Positions 26,160 to 39,408 of a stretch of 64,000 nucleotides of DNA are shown piece by piece. Below the pieces are notes generated by a model, which was not told the DNA's origin, ran no database searches, and was given only the letters and a program-made list of their open reading frames with translations. A program made the position numbers and the translations under genes. The DNA comes from Escherichia phage CMSTMSU. The DNA lies in the sequence record MH494197.1; one strand, 5' to 3'. The number at the start of each line of letters is the position of its first letter. Position 1 is the stretch's first letter.

Positions 26160-27530
26160 GCCTAAGTTCATATGAACACGCAGTTGTTTTGATGATAAAA
26201 CTATCTTTGGCGATTACATTTACCAACCAACTTATGGTGCTATTCAAGAATTGATTAAAATGTATGGTTACATTACTGGGTCATGGACTGGTCGCCTACA
26301 AGCACCGGTTTCATTATCCTAGAAGCAGGAACTTTACCATCATTTGAAAAATTAGTAACTGATTTTGAATTATATTATAATAGTGAAACTCCTGTGAGTG
26401 ATGTTCAGCTTCAAGAGTTATCAAATCACTTGATTGGCTATCAAACTCGTGATTATCTACAACGTATGATTAGTAGTGATGTTAGTCGTGTTGATTTCTA
26501 TAAAGGATTCATTCATGACAAAGGTACTAACCAAGTAATGGAAAAAGTACTCGCGTTTCTAAATCTTACGACACTGATGAATATAAAGCACTACAGGAAT
26601 GGGCATTTAAGATTGGCACTTATGGTAATATCAATGGTAAGAAAAATCTACAATTTAAACTAATCAATGACCAATTTAAACAACAACCACAGATGGTTTC
26701 GTTTGATGTTAATGCTACATCAAATGGTACTGGTAATGGTATTGTTTATTACGGTGAACAAGGGGTTGACTCACGCTGGATTACTCGTCCAAATGGTAAG
26801 TTTTCATTCCCAATGCGTAGTGGAAGAAGTGAGAATATCCAACTTCCAGACATTGGTCCTGTAACACTAGATGAAATTTCATACGTTACTAAAGATTTCA
26901 GTACTGCATATAATGATCGTATCAATTATATGAATAACAGTGGTGAAATCCCAGATTCTGTATGGATGTTTAAAGATGGTAATGATTTGTGGAATATTTT
27001 CGAACTAGTAGACACTGAAGTTGAGATGCTCTCTATCGTTCCAATTGAAAATACCGATGTATATGCAGAACAATTCTGTAAAGTAACTCTAAGTGATGAT
27101 ATCCCACTAAATGATGGTGATTATTATTACTTTGTTGATGAAACTAACTTTATGCCAGATACATTGACTATAGAAAGTCAATATTATACTGCGGGTAATG
27201 ACCCTAGAGTTATGGTAGTTCCGTTTGACACTTCAATCACTATTGACTTCACTGATCCTGATACTCGCCCACGCTTGTATCGTTATGTTTCACGATTCAG
27301 TACTGAAGAGATGCGTCAGGAATACATTGACAGAAAATATAGTTTTAAAGCTCCACAAAGTACTTTGTTTGACCGCCCAACCACATATGATGAGCGTACT
27401 AACATTACTGCGTTGTACCTAAACGTGTTTGACCCAATCAACGGTGTTATTCCGGTGCAGCGATGCAGAACGTTACCTACACATCTCCAGTTGACCCAGC
27501 ACAATACAACAGCAATGGTGAATTGATTCA
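26160..27530 (+). CDS. Baseplate/fiber structural protein segment (boundaries uncertain)
   Basis: ORFs 26283..26663 and 26693..27526 joined by frame switches. Confidence 0.35.
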
Positions 27531-30035
27531 AGCATGGGGTGCTGATAAAGTTGGTCAGGTTTGGTGGAACACCAGCACTGCTTTCTACTTAGATTACACT
27601 CGTGCAATCTATGATGCTGATGGTAATGTGGATGTTGATGCAACAAATGAATATAAACGTTATAACTGGGGCAGATTGCTACCGCACAGTACTGTTGATG
27701 TTCTTGAATGGGTATGTTCGCCAGTTGAACCATATAACTGGGACAAATACTGCAAAGACGTTGCTAACAAAAATAAAACAACACTATGTACCTACCAAGT
27801 GGAACCGCATTGGAAGATAATTATAGTACGTTCTTAGAATATGATAGCACAACTGATACTTATGTTACAAAATACTATTTCTGGGTACGTGATACAATCT
27901 ATGTACCACCATTGCATTCCAGAACTAAATCTTGTACTGATATTGCTCGTATTATTAAAGAACCAGCACAGCTTAACATTCCTTGGTTTGCACCAATCAA
28001 TGAAAGCTCGTTCATTCTAAGTAATATGCAATTTGAAGTCAACGATGACACAAGTATTTTAACTGTTTCTTATTACATGGATAATACTGAAGTTATTAAA
28101 CATGACCAGTATCAATTATGTAAAGAAGGTGATAGCTATAACTTCAATCCATCAATCTGGACTTCTATGTGGAATTCTATGATCGGTCAAGAAACTACTG
28201 AATCAGGAACTGTTATTGATTTACTATATCCTTTAGTACCAAACGGTTTAGGTTCTAATAAGACTTGGTTCCAAGATGTAATTGAAGCTCGTAGAAACTT
28301 TGTAGAAAGTGCAAATAACTATTATCGCTCACAGAATATAACAACTAACACTGTTCTAATGGACGAAGTGTTTAATGTTAAAACTACTGAAGTTAACCCG
28401 AATGAAGTATCATATCGTGTACTAACTTACAATAGTGAATTAGTCATTGCACCTGAAAGTGACAAGTTCAAAGAAAACGACGCAGTACTAGTAAGTACTA
28501 GTGGTGTATTACCTAACCCACTATCAACTAGCTCTGTATATTTTGTGCATATTGATGCTAATGGTTATATTCATCTAATGAATAGTCCATCAAGTGCTGG
28601 TAGTGTGGTTACCATTACATTGGAAAACCGTGGTGAAGGTCAACAGAAAATGATTAAACAATCAGACTATGTTGAAGCACTAGGAACTTCATTGGACATG
28701 ACCCAGTACTGGTCACTAGCAGATTGGTATGATATTGGCTACGATAAAAATACTGCATATACACAAGAATCCAGCCTAGAAGATGCAAACACTAAGAACT
28801 ATCAAGTTGGCGACATTATCAGAATTACAGATGTTGATGGCATCTGGACATTGTACATTAAAGCACAATCACGTGATTCAGTTTACTGGAAAGCAATTGG
28901 TCGTGAAAATAGTACAGTTGAATTGAATGATATGTTATACGCTGACTATACAGTTCGTGATGCTAATGGTTCGTTGAGTAATCGTGAGATTAACGTTCGT
29001 AAAGCACTAGCTTTATTGAAGAACTCATTCGACTTACATCAGAGTGAAATTGTGTTTGATATGGTTAAGTATGTTCACGTAGAACAAAGCGTTGTTGATT
29101 GGGTATTCAAAACATCTTACATTTATATTGTAGGTTTAGAACAATCATTAGTACAGAACTATTCCAACGACAACTTGATTAATCAAATCGTTGAGTACTT
29201 TGAAGAAGTTAAACCATATAGAACTAAGATTCGTTCCCAGATTGAACAGAAAACTTCAGATGATGATTTAATTAAAGGTTTGTGTAATGATTTAGATCCT
29301 AATGGCTATATATTTGCAGATGGGACTTGGGTTAAAACGGAAAAAGACATTTGGGATTATGAATATGCTCAATTCAATGAGGTAACTCAACGTTGGGAGC
29401 AAGTTGGTGAATTGCCAAGTGATTTCGTAGCACCTAATCGCCGTTTCCAAGAAATTGATGTTATCATGCACTACGACAACACTCAATGTAAACCAAATGA
29501 TAATTTGGCAAGTGTTGATGTATTGGAAGAAGTGAATAAGAAATATCAATCTAATGCACAAGATGTTGTTAGTAATTTTGAATTACAACGTTACAAATAT
29601 ACATTCCCAGAATACAGTGATGAAGATTTCGACCTATTGGTTGCTTATCAGATGCAATTGTATTACCCAGAATTGAACGTAACTCTAGGGATTGCTTACG
29701 GTGTTAACCAATGGTATGCAGACCATGCAGATGATTTGGTAGCAACCGCAGAATTCACAGAAACGTTGAATCGTGTATATAAAGAATCAACACAAAATGA
29801 AATGTTTAATGACGTAAATCATTACGTTCAGTATAACACACTCTCTAACCGTTTGAAATTGTACACAGGTGCAGATGATGAAGTAATTCATGATGAAGTT
29901 GGATGTGGATTTAGTGGGTTAACCTATGATGATAATCCAAGCACCAGACTACCGTTTGGTTATGCATCCAGTACTGATTATAACTTTGGTTACTTTGAAG
30001 TTAGTAGTGAGTTGTATAAAAGTATGTTTCTTTAA
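27531..30035 (+). CDS. Baseplate/fiber structural protein segment (boundaries uncertain)
   Basis: ORFs 27463..27837 and 27786..30035 (749 aa) joined by frame switch. Confidence 0.4.
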
Positions 30036-30039
30036 TTAA

Positions 30040-31907
30040 AGAAAACAATACTACTGCAACTGATGATGAAGTTAGAATTATACTTGAAGTTGAATATGGT
30101 GTTTATTCATATCGCCATGTAGATGAAGATGGAAATCAACGATTCTACAATGACGCAATTCATGTATTGTCCGGTATGCGTGGTTTGTATGACAAAGATG
30201 CTACCGACCATTATGAAAAGGCTGAAGAAATACTAAGTAGAATGCCTATTGATATTCATGCATTTACTATGATGCCACGAAAATATGTTTATGTTAATGT
30301 TAATGGTGTATACGAGAGTATCCCAGATGACCAAAGCATTGATGATTTCATGGAAGACAAATTCATAACTGACGGTCAACTAGTTCAATTGGCAGAAATA
30401 AATCTTGATGACTTACCTCTTGATAGAAATAACCCAATGTACAGTGATTATCAGCACATCCTAGATAGCATCACCGATGCTAAGTACTACGATGATATGA
30501 ATGCATTTGATAACCTAGCACTTGAATCACAAACTTCCGAGTTAAAATGGGAAGTTGAAGGTGACGAAGTAGATCCGTACATAATCGACATTTCTGATAT
30601 TAACCCATCAGGAAGAAAGATTGGTCAGATTCGCTTCACAGTTGATGGTTATGGATTCAATAGTGTTTCACTAGTTCAATTGAGAGACAATAGTAGATAT
30701 AAAACTGAAGGTATGGTTATTATCAACCCTTATAAAACAACAGAAGCAATTGTTAGTATTCCTTCTTACGCTAAGATTGAAAATGATATTAGTAAATCAT
30801 ACAGTAAGTATGATGAAAAATACTTCTATAAAATTAAATCAATTGTTAGTGATACAGAAGCTGAAGTAATTGACAATACCCTATCTGATGGTGATAAGGT
30901 TATGATATTCACAACTGATGGTGAAGATTATGTGAGATACCAAAACAATGCATGGGAAACCATCTTGAGTGTATCAAAAATCAAAACTGACACCACACCA
31001 ACCTTGTACACAGTAAGAAACACTGCGAACGGAACTGTAGAACTACTAGATAGTACTGGAGTTGTACTTCGTTATGATAACATCACTAAACAACAACAGA
31101 ATGAACCAGCAATACCTCTAGCATTGAACATCGTTCGTATTAGAACCTTTGCTGATCCAGAATTCTTGGTTGATGGTGTTAAGTTGTATGAAACAAATAG
31201 AAACTATGCTATCGACGCAATGAACTATGAAGTATTCTACGACACAACACTATACGGTGGTTCTTATAATGATGGAATTACACCAGATGACGTTGATGTT
31301 TGGGTAGTGTCTAACGAGATATTTGAAGTTGATGGTGTTACCATTGATAACGGATATAACTTACCAATTACTGGTGCAGGTGTTCTTAGTGAGTTAGTGA
31401 GAACCAAAATGACTGATAGTGTGGAAATTAACGTGTTCGAGTATGATGTTGGTATTATTCAACCAGTACTGAATACTGAAGGGGTATGGGAATATGCATA
31501 TCCACTAGTTAGTGATACATATATTGGTGTAGTTGGTGGAACAGTAACTAACATTACTGCTATCAGTGAAGAAAATGCTACTTATGTTTCACAACCAGAT
31601 TCAGTTAGTCCATATAGTGTTACTAATAATGTTCTATCTGGTGCTGGTGCAAGTATGAATGATATTATTTCTCTTGGTTTTGAAAAAGTTGAAGTACGTT
31701 TTGCAAATAACTACTCCGTGGGTAATGTATAGTGCAGAACACGACTTTAAAGAGAATGTGACATATTCATTTAATGGCTTGAACTTAGGTAAAGTTAATT
31801 TACTAAAACGTTATAGTGTTAACAGTTATCCAATCGAACTATCTGTTTACTCCGATAGTTTGCAAATAAGTGGTAATGACATTAAAAATCTATTAGAAGT
31901 TAAATAA
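30040..31907 (+). CDS. Baseplate/fiber structural protein segment (boundaries uncertain)
   Basis: ORF 30167..31732 (521 aa) extended upstream and downstream (31659..31907) by frame switches; ends at terminator. Confidence 0.4.
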
Positions 31908-31908
31908 C

Positions 31909-31935
31909 AAAAGGAGAGCATTTGCTCTCCTTTTC
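31909..31935. terminator. Bidirectional rho-independent terminator
   Basis: AAAAGGAGAGCA-TTT-GCTCTCCTTTTC hairpin between convergent genes. Confidence 0.65.
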
Positions 31936-31938
31936 TTT

Positions 31939-34216
31939 TTACGCAATAACTTTTTCTATTGCTTTAGTTCGTTTAGGTTTGATAGCCAATTTACCATCAA
32001 TCACATCAAACGTTACGTTACCACCATTAACCAGAGAACCACACAACATCTCTTTAGCTAGTGGAACACGGATGTTTTGCTCAATAGTGCGTTTCATTGG
32101 ACGTGCACCCATCCCAACTTTAACACCATTTGTTGCCAACCACTCACGTGCCGCTTTAGTCAGGAAACTTTAACTTTGCGGTCTTTGATTTGTTCATTCA
32201 GACTACCCATGAACTTATCAATGATGCTGTCAATCGCTTCGCTGCTTAGGTCTTTGAATGTCACAATACTATCGATACGGTTGATGAATTCAGGTGGCAA
32301 GAATGCTTTAATCGCTTTATCTTGTGCTGTATCACTACCGCTCATCCCAATACTACGCTTGGTTGAATCTGCTGCACCAAGGTTAGTTGTCATAATAACA
32401 GTTACGTTATTGAAGTAAACAGTTTTACCTTGTGAACCAGTCAAACGTCCTTCGTCCAGAACCTGTAGGAAGGTTAGTAGTACTTTACGATCAGCTTTTT
32501 CGATTTCATCAAGCAACAGTACTGCATTCGGGAACTGCTCAATCTTGTCGAGTAGCAGACCGTTACCGGAATCGTGACCAACATAGCCGGAGGTGAACCA
32601 ATCAGTTTAGCAACAGTATGTTCCTGTGAAAACTCGGACATATCGAAACGAATCAGTTCAGAGCCAGTTGCATCAGCCAGTGCTTTGGTAATTTCAGTTT
32701 TACCAGTACCAGATGGCCCAACAAACATGAATGCACCTTGAACACTTGATTTATCACGCAGACCAGCACGAGCTACCATCACGTTATCAACCAGTTTCTG
32801 TACTGCTTCTTCTTGACCGTATACACGAGAACGTAGTGCATCTGGTAGATTACGCATACGTTCACTTTCAGTGCAAGCAACCACGTTAATATCTAGGTTT
32901 GCGATACCTGCAACAACTTCTTGAATCAGTGCAACAGTGATGATGTTATCATCAGTTTCACGAGAACGTACTTTCGCTGCTGCCGCATCCATTAGGTCGA
33001 TTGCTTTGTCAGGGAAGTGTTTGTTCTTCAGGAACTTATCACTTAGTGTAATAACTGCATCCATTGCTTCAGTACTGAACTCTACGTTATGGAAAGTTTC
33101 ATAAGTAGATTTCAAACCATTCACAATCGCACGGGTTTCATCAATTGTTGGCTCAACTACATCAATTTTCATGAAACGGCGAGTTAGTGCACTATCTTTT
33201 CGATGTTTTACGATATTCATCGTAAGTTGTTGCACCGATTACACGAATCTCACCACGAGATAGTGCAGGTTTGAGCATGTTACTCATATCCATAGAACCG
33301 TTGCTTGCTGAACCAGCACCAACCATAATATGGATTTCATCGATGAACACAATAGTGTTTTCACGTTTCTTCAGTTCTTTGAGTAGGTTATCGATACGTT
33401 CTTCGAACTCACCACGGTACTTAGTACCAGCAGTCAGTGCACCTACGTTCAGAGACAGAATTTCAACATCTTTAAGATGCTCTGGTACTTCACCATCAGC
33501 GATTGCCTGTGCTAGACCATCAATGATTTGAGTTTTACCAACACCAGCTTCACCAGTCAGGATGGCATTCTTCTTAGTCTTACGGGCCAGAGTTTCAATC
33601 AGTGCAGAAAGCTCTTTCTGGCGACCAATCATTGGTCAAGTTTACCTTCTTTGCAAGTGCGGTTAGGTTAGTGGTGTAATCTTCTAAACCTTTTGTTTGG
33701 ACGATGGTTGTTGTTGTGCCACTTTTTCTCCCCAGTTGGCTCATCACTAATGCTTTGAAGGTTGATTCCGTTGTCGATTGCTTCTACGTGCTTCTGTAAA
33801 GTTCGTGCTGCTTCAGTACAAGTGATACCCTCTTCACGCAATGCTGCTTCTAGTGCAGTATTTGGGAATGACAAACACTCAAACAGTACAAAATAAGCAT
33901 CAATTGAGAAATCATCACGTTTAAGTTGCTCAATTACTGATTTCTTAGAAAGTTCCTGAACTACACGGTTCACAAGAAGTGATGTGCGGTTCGCTTCATC
34001 ACCATCAGCACTTTTAGGTGCATGTGGAATGTTGTATTTTTCAGATATGCAATCAAACGACCGTGTAGGTTGTCTGCATCGATGTTCATATCTTCAAATA
34101 CTGCTTTGATGCTATCGATTGTCAGTACTGTAGCACTTAGATGGTCAATAGTCAAGAAGGTATGACCCAGAGAAGTTGCCAGTTCGTCGCTTTTTGAATA
34201 ATTGGGTAAGATTCAT
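31939..34216 (-). CDS. ClpA-like two-ring AAA+ unfoldase (Clp N-domain, D1, D2, C-terminal domain), frame-broken
   Basis: N-domain [12 protein letters not shown]; D1 Walker [25 protein letters not shown], Walker B IVFIDEIH; D2 Walker [19 protein letters not shown], Walker B MLDEIEKA; C-terminal [11 protein letters not shown]; about 758 codons as in E. coli ClpA; AGGAGA SD before ATG 34216. Confidence 0.85.
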
Positions 34217-34254
34217 GTATTCTCCTAAATGAGTAGTCACTCTAATTAATAAAC

Positions 34255-34282
34255 ATTATATCACATTCTTTGCGTTTGTCAA
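34255..34282 (-). promoter_or_regulatory. Strong sigma70-type promoter (TTGACA-16 nt-TATAAT with TGn extended -10), minus strand, upstream of ClpA-like gene
   Basis: Minus-strand TTGACAAACGCAAAGAATGTGATATAAT. Confidence 0.6.
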
Positions 34283-34325
34283 CAAGGTAAATAAAGATAT
34301 ACCCGATTTATTTTGGAGACAAACA

Positions 34326-35810
34326 TGGCATATAGAATGTGGAAAAAGGTAGAACCAATGATTACAAGTTCATTGACTCTGCCATAGCAGAACAATACAA
34401 CATCGGTGGTGTTGACATGTGGCTTTATGCCTATGTCGGACCAAAACAAGTCGCTGATAACACTGATTTATCATATGGCGGTGATTATTATGGATCAGAT
34501 AGTACCGTTGTGTCAAGCATTGGTGATTTAATTTTGGTGACACTCCAAGTCGTAACTATAATCTCGAAGCTATCACCTTAAGTTGCGTCTACCAAGTCCA
34601 AGAAGCAACTCCTGACTTGAAAATCCCGATTGTTCTTCAACTTTAACACTATGGACATCACAATTCATTATAACACAATGATTCAGCGTTTGGGAAGAAA
34701 AATTATGCCGTGACGTAATCGAACTTCCTAACTTACGTGATTTTGATGTACTTGGTAAAGATTCTGGTTTAAACCGCTTCTATGTAGTACAAGATGGGTT
34801 TAGAACGTCAGAAGGTTACTCAGTTACATGGCAACATCACATTTACAAACTCCGTGTTAAACCTCTTACTGATTCACCAGAGTACTCTGACCTTCTAGGT
34901 AACAATAACTACCCTGATGACCCAGATGATCCAAACAACGGCAATGGTAATACTGATGATGGCTCTTCAGAGAACAGCAGCTATGGTAATGAAATGGATA
35001 TTATGAACCGTATCATTATGCAAGCTGATGATGAAGTACCATACATTCATTTTACTAACGAACACTTGTTCGATGACAGACCAGATACTGTTGATTTGTC
35101 TAAGTATATGCTAAATGGATACGAATTACCAGAGGAACCAGCAAATAAAATGTATTTCCTCAAGAAAACTTACCCAGTACTGAAAGAACTATCTAATGAT
35201 ACATGGATTTCTGTAGAAGTCAAGCGTGGAACAATCTTTCCTCGCAAACCGATGGATGGTGACTTCTTCTTTAAAGAAAACGAGGCTGATGTCACTGGCT
35301 TCTCATTGTATCAATACGATAAATCTGCCAAAAGTGGCTAAATTGTGATGTTGAGTATACTACAGAAAGCACACCACCACAAGGGGTTGATGATTTTTAT
35401 ATTGAATACAAAGAACCACACATTTATCAGTACTTAAATGGTAAATGGGGAGAACCAGAAGTAACTTACGTTAATGACCCATTCACTTCTAATAGTGTTT
35501 ATGGAAATATCGATTCACAACAAGATTATCGTCCTAAGATTCCTCCAGCACGAGGTACAGTTCCTGAAGGTAACATGTTCCCAAGTGATGCAGTTGATGG
35601 TGATTACTACTATCGTACCGATTATACACCAGTAACCCTATGGGAATACAGTGCGTCCAAGAATTCTTGGGTGATTTTCGATTACGGTGGTAGAAAACCG
35701 TGGAAGGTGCAGATCTTGCTCTAACAGAATTTGTTAATAGCCCGAACCGTGTGCCATTACATGATGCAGTTAAACCTAATACAGTGTATCGTATACATAA
35801 GGATTCAGAA
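34326..35810 (+). CDS. Large hypothetical protein (about 495 codons), frame-broken
   Basis: GGAGA SD before ATG 34326; fragments 34339..34581, 34994..35341 and sub-60-aa pieces chain to stop near 35810; TAAATA core at 34290..34295. Confidence 0.4.
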
Positions 35811-37132
35811 TGAAAATAGATTATTATTATGATGGTCAATTTCGTCGAGTACTGAAACATCTTATCAGAGTGTTTGGTGAATTTCAAGTACAAAATGGTG
35901 TTGATGCTGACGGAAAACCAAAATATAAGAAAGTTCCTTGCCGCTATGCAGATATTTCACGTATGGCAGCAGCAATTATTAATGGTAACAGTGAGAACGT
36001 GCTTCCAACAGCACCAATCATGACCATTAGTGTAAACCAACTTAAACTAGATCGCAAGTCAGTTCGTTCAAACGCAAATGAAACATTGGTTATGGGGACT
36101 AACAAGTCCCGAATTAACGAATATACTAAAGACTTAGATAAACAGTATAAAGTAACTCGTCATAACCCAGTACCTTGGACATTTACTTTTGATGTTAATA
36201 TTTGGGTTACACAAACACAAACCAAAATGGAACTATTTGAGCAAATTTCAACATTGTTTGCTCCTAGTATTCAATTACAACTCTCCGAGAACCCATTGGA
36301 TTGGACATCATTGAGTGATGTGGAGTTAATTGACTGTCAATTTACTACTCGTGGTTTCCCACAAGGAACCGATAGTGATTTGGATATAATGATTTTGACA
36401 TTTGAAACAACAATTTGGTTCTCTTTGCCAGCTATTGTTGAGAAACCAAAACTTATTCAACAAATTACCACCAATATTAAAGGTGCTCGTGATGAACTTG
36501 ATTTTGAAATTGGTAATTACTCGGATATCATTACTGATGTATTCACACCAAAGAACTTATGTATTAAAGTTGATGAAATAACAAACTCTGAACTTAATAT
36601 TCCAGATACTTACCAACTCACTCTTGTTAGTCAATCACTATCAGAAACATCACCAAATGGTGGAATTTATTCATGGGAAAAATACCTTAAGTACTTGGAC
36701 CCAGAATATGAAGACAAGACGGTTGGTATCAAATTCCAACAAGCTATAGAAGAGGACAACCCACTAAAAGGACACATCTCTTCATTTGGTGAAGGTGCTG
36801 AATCTAACAAGATTGTAGTTCAGCTTGATAATAGTAATTATACTGTTGATTATACAATACATGGATTCATTAGTAAAAGCTCTTTGTTATATAACGCACT
36901 GCCTGAACAATATTATGTAAATAATAGCATACATAACATCATTTACAAAGAGACTGAAATCCCAGCGAACTATTTGTTTAAAATTACCAATGATGGAGCA
37001 GAACTTATTGAGCCATCACTAGTACACAACTATGTTTATAATATGGAAGATAGTGGATATTATAGATATAATGACAAATTCAAATGGCATAAGAGTATTA
37101 TGTCAGTATATCGTCAGGGTATTGGAAAATAA
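35810..37132 (+). CDS. Hypothetical protein, 440 aa, intact (structural by context; tail-tube-fold family is speculation)
   Basis: Uninterrupted ORF; AAGGA SD; overlapping stop/start with upstream gene. Confidence 0.55.
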   Translation: MKIDYYYDGQFRRVLKHLIRVFGEFQVQNGVDADGKPKYKKVPCRYADISRMAAAIINGNSENVLPTAPIMTISVNQLKLDRKSVRSNANETLVMGTNKSRINEYTKDLDKQYKVTRHNPVPWTFTFDVNIWVTQTQTKMELFEQISTLFAPSIQLQLSENPLDWTSLSDVELIDCQFTTRGFPQGTDSDLDIMILTFETTIWFSLPAIVEKPKLIQQITTNIKGARDELDFEIGNYSDIITDVFTPKNLCIKVDEITNSELNIPDTYQLTLVSQSLSETSPNGGIYSWEKYLKYLDPEYEDKTVGIKFQQAIEEDNPLKGHISSFGEGAESNKIVVQLDNSNYTVDYTIHGFISKSSLLYNALPEQYYVNNSIHNIIYKETEIPANYLFKITNDGAELIEPSLVHNYVYNMEDSGYYRYNDKFKWHKSIMSVYRQGIGK

Positions 37133-37161
37133 CTTTCACTGACAAATAAGGAGGTGTTGTT

Positions 37162-37623
37162 ATGAATGAAGCAGTAGGTGCTATATTTTTATCTAAAAGT
37201 ACTGGACATATGATGTTAAACTTGAGATCAGAAAGAAGTACGTATTCTAACAACTGGGCATTTGTTGGTGGGAAGCTTGAGTATAATGAAACTCCGTTAC
37301 AGGGTCTTATGCGTGAGATTAAAGAAGAGCTAGGTGATTCTATTCCAACGATAATAGATATTATACCATTTGATGTATTCTGTACGAAGAATGGTAAATT
37401 TAAATATTATTCATTTGTCATTGTAGTTGAAAATGAATTCGTACCTACTTTAAATCATGAGAGTTCGGGTTATGCATGGGTTAAGATTGGCTCATGGCCC
37501 AAACCATTACATCCGTGCAAAAACACATTACTTAACACAAATTTAATGAAGGATTTCTATTCATTGTGGGAAAGTATACGACAAGGTACACAGTTTGTCA
37601 ACAGCTTACCATATCGATATTAA
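37162..37623 (+). CDS. Nudix hydrolase
   Basis: Nudix box GGKLEYNETPLQGLMREIKEELG (GX5EX7REUXEEXGU); AGGAGGT SD; intact ORF. Confidence 0.85.
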   Translation: MNEAVGAIFLSKSTGHMMLNLRSERSTYSNNWAFVGGKLEYNETPLQGLMREIKEELGDSIPTIIDIIPFDVFCTKNGKFKYYSFVIVVENEFVPTLNHESSGYAWVKIGSWPKPLHPCKNTLLNTNLMKDFYSLWESIRQGTQFVNSLPYRY

Positions 37624-37624
37624 T

Positions 37625-37650
37625 AAAAAGGAGCCAATGGCTCCTTTTTC
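37625..37650. terminator. Bidirectional rho-independent terminator
   Basis: AAAAAGGAGCC-AAT-GGCTCCTTTTT between convergent genes. Confidence 0.65.
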
Positions 37651-37651
37651 T

Positions 37652-38325
37652 TTATACCCCAATTAGTGGGATACCTGTTATGTTAAGTAGAACAGATGCT
37701 TGAAGCTTAACTGACTCACCTGCCGAAAGGTTGTTTACTATACCATCGACGCGGAACCCTAAGTTTTTATTAGAGTTGAGAGAGTTAATCACCCAGTTTT
37801 CGTAATCCGCTTTTGTAATACCATTCGGATTTGGGAGAGTTGGATCAACATCATTAATTACCATAGAAACATCCCAATTCGGGCGACTACTTGTAATTAC
37901 ATCCTTGATTGATTCTAGTTGTGTAATGCGACGTGGATCTGGAATCTGACTTGCACCAATTGAACCGAAAAATGTACCTTGGTTATCAACATAGAACTGA
38001 CCTTTAATGAAAAATGTTTTGAATTATACGGAAGAGAAACAATTTCACCTGATGAATCACTAACTTCACGAATCATAATTTTCAATTCATAAAAATAGTT
38101 ACTACCAAATTCAAACACACCAGTACCATTTGTGAATGTTGTCCAGTTATTTGAATCAACCTGTGAAGTACCACCCATATTGAAGTACGCTAATGGCTTA
38201 GTACTGTTACTTTGTGTAAATTCAATATATTTCTTACCTGTATCATAGTTGATATCAAGTAGTGTTGAGTACTCTTTATTTTCTGGACGAGATGTTTGAA
38301 TTTCACGCCATTCTTTATTTTTCAT
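37652..38325 (-). CDS. Hypothetical virion/fiber-associated protein, frame-broken
   Basis: ORFs 37915..38325 and 37652..37864 joined by one frame break; TAATG overlap with upstream gene. Confidence 0.4.
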
Positions 38326-38745
38326 TAGGACACGAAGGAATCACCATTACTGGTAAGAACCATACGACCCATAATACTATTTTCACCATCTGGTACTGTG
38401 TTGAAAATTGAAATCATTGGGATAGATGCCCAGTCAGCTTCAGATGCAGTATCTACTGGCTGACGAGCATTATCAACTAATGCAAGAAGTAGTTCGCCAG
38501 TGTTGCCAGTATTTCTGTACCAAATCTGACCATTAACGTTACCACGAGGTGCAGTAGCTCCACTGAAGTTCTCAACCAAGTGGAGGAAGTTTTCGTTCCA
38601 TGCTTGACCGTAACCAACTTTATTTCGACCTGCAAAGTTTAACGGTACTGGGTTACTACCGTTGGTTTGGTCCTAATATTACGTTATTTGGAATGGTAGC
38701 ATAAACGCTACCATTACTTCTATAAATTGTATAACTTACACTCAT
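38325..38745 (-). CDS. Hypothetical protein (about 140 codons), frame-broken
   Basis: MSVSYTIYRSNGSVYATIPNNVI... joins ORF 38325..38579 (NENFLHLVENFSGATAPRGNVNGQIWYRNTG). Confidence 0.4.
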
Positions 38746-38757
38746 ATCATCACCTTA

Positions 38758-39363
38758 TTATTGTAGTTGGACACGAACTGTGTATTTGATTTGCAAAACA
38801 CGGTTAGCACTTTTCTCAACTGGGTGAAAAATAATATGGGTAAGTGGAATACCGCTATCACCATTTGTATATAAACCCAATTCGTCAAATACATATGTCC
38901 CATCCATGCTAGTACCAGAGCTAACACCTTGGTCAGATGGCTCACCTAAACCTAATGTGCAAATACAGACGATATCAGTGTAAGCTTGGCACGGAATGTG
39001 AACAGTTGTAATGTTGTTATATTGTGAATCAATACCAGCAGAGATACGTGGGTTGATTTTTTCAGATAAGTCTGAGAATATAGACCACCGAAAGAAGTAA
39101 CGCGTGGTTTCTTGTATGTGATACGACCAGTACTCAAAACTACTGTTCCACCATTACCAAAACGCATCTCACTAATAGATCCAATAGGAATACCAGTACT
39201 ATCTTGATTATAAGCCAACGCATTAGCAATAGCAGTACTCATATTTTCAGGGTGAATTGCGTTTGATTTATCCAAAACGATTTTTGGTTAGATGGATCAG
39301 TAACGTCAGTAATTAGTACATGACCCTTAACAAATAGTTTTGGTTGTTCTGTTTCTAATTTCA
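38758..39363 (-). CDS. Hypothetical protein (about 200 codons), frame-broken
   Basis: MKLETEQPKLF... joins ORF 38952..39275 and a C-terminal frame ending QIKYTVRVQLQ. Confidence 0.4.
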
Positions 39364-39408
39364 TTTCTAATCCTTAGTAGTTAATTAAAATTTGTTCTAA
39401 CTTACCAG

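Noticed and set aside
32077-33531. Plus-strand ORFs 32077..32418 and 33271..33531
   Set aside because: Antisense to the ClpA-like gene, whose Walker motifs are read on the minus strand.
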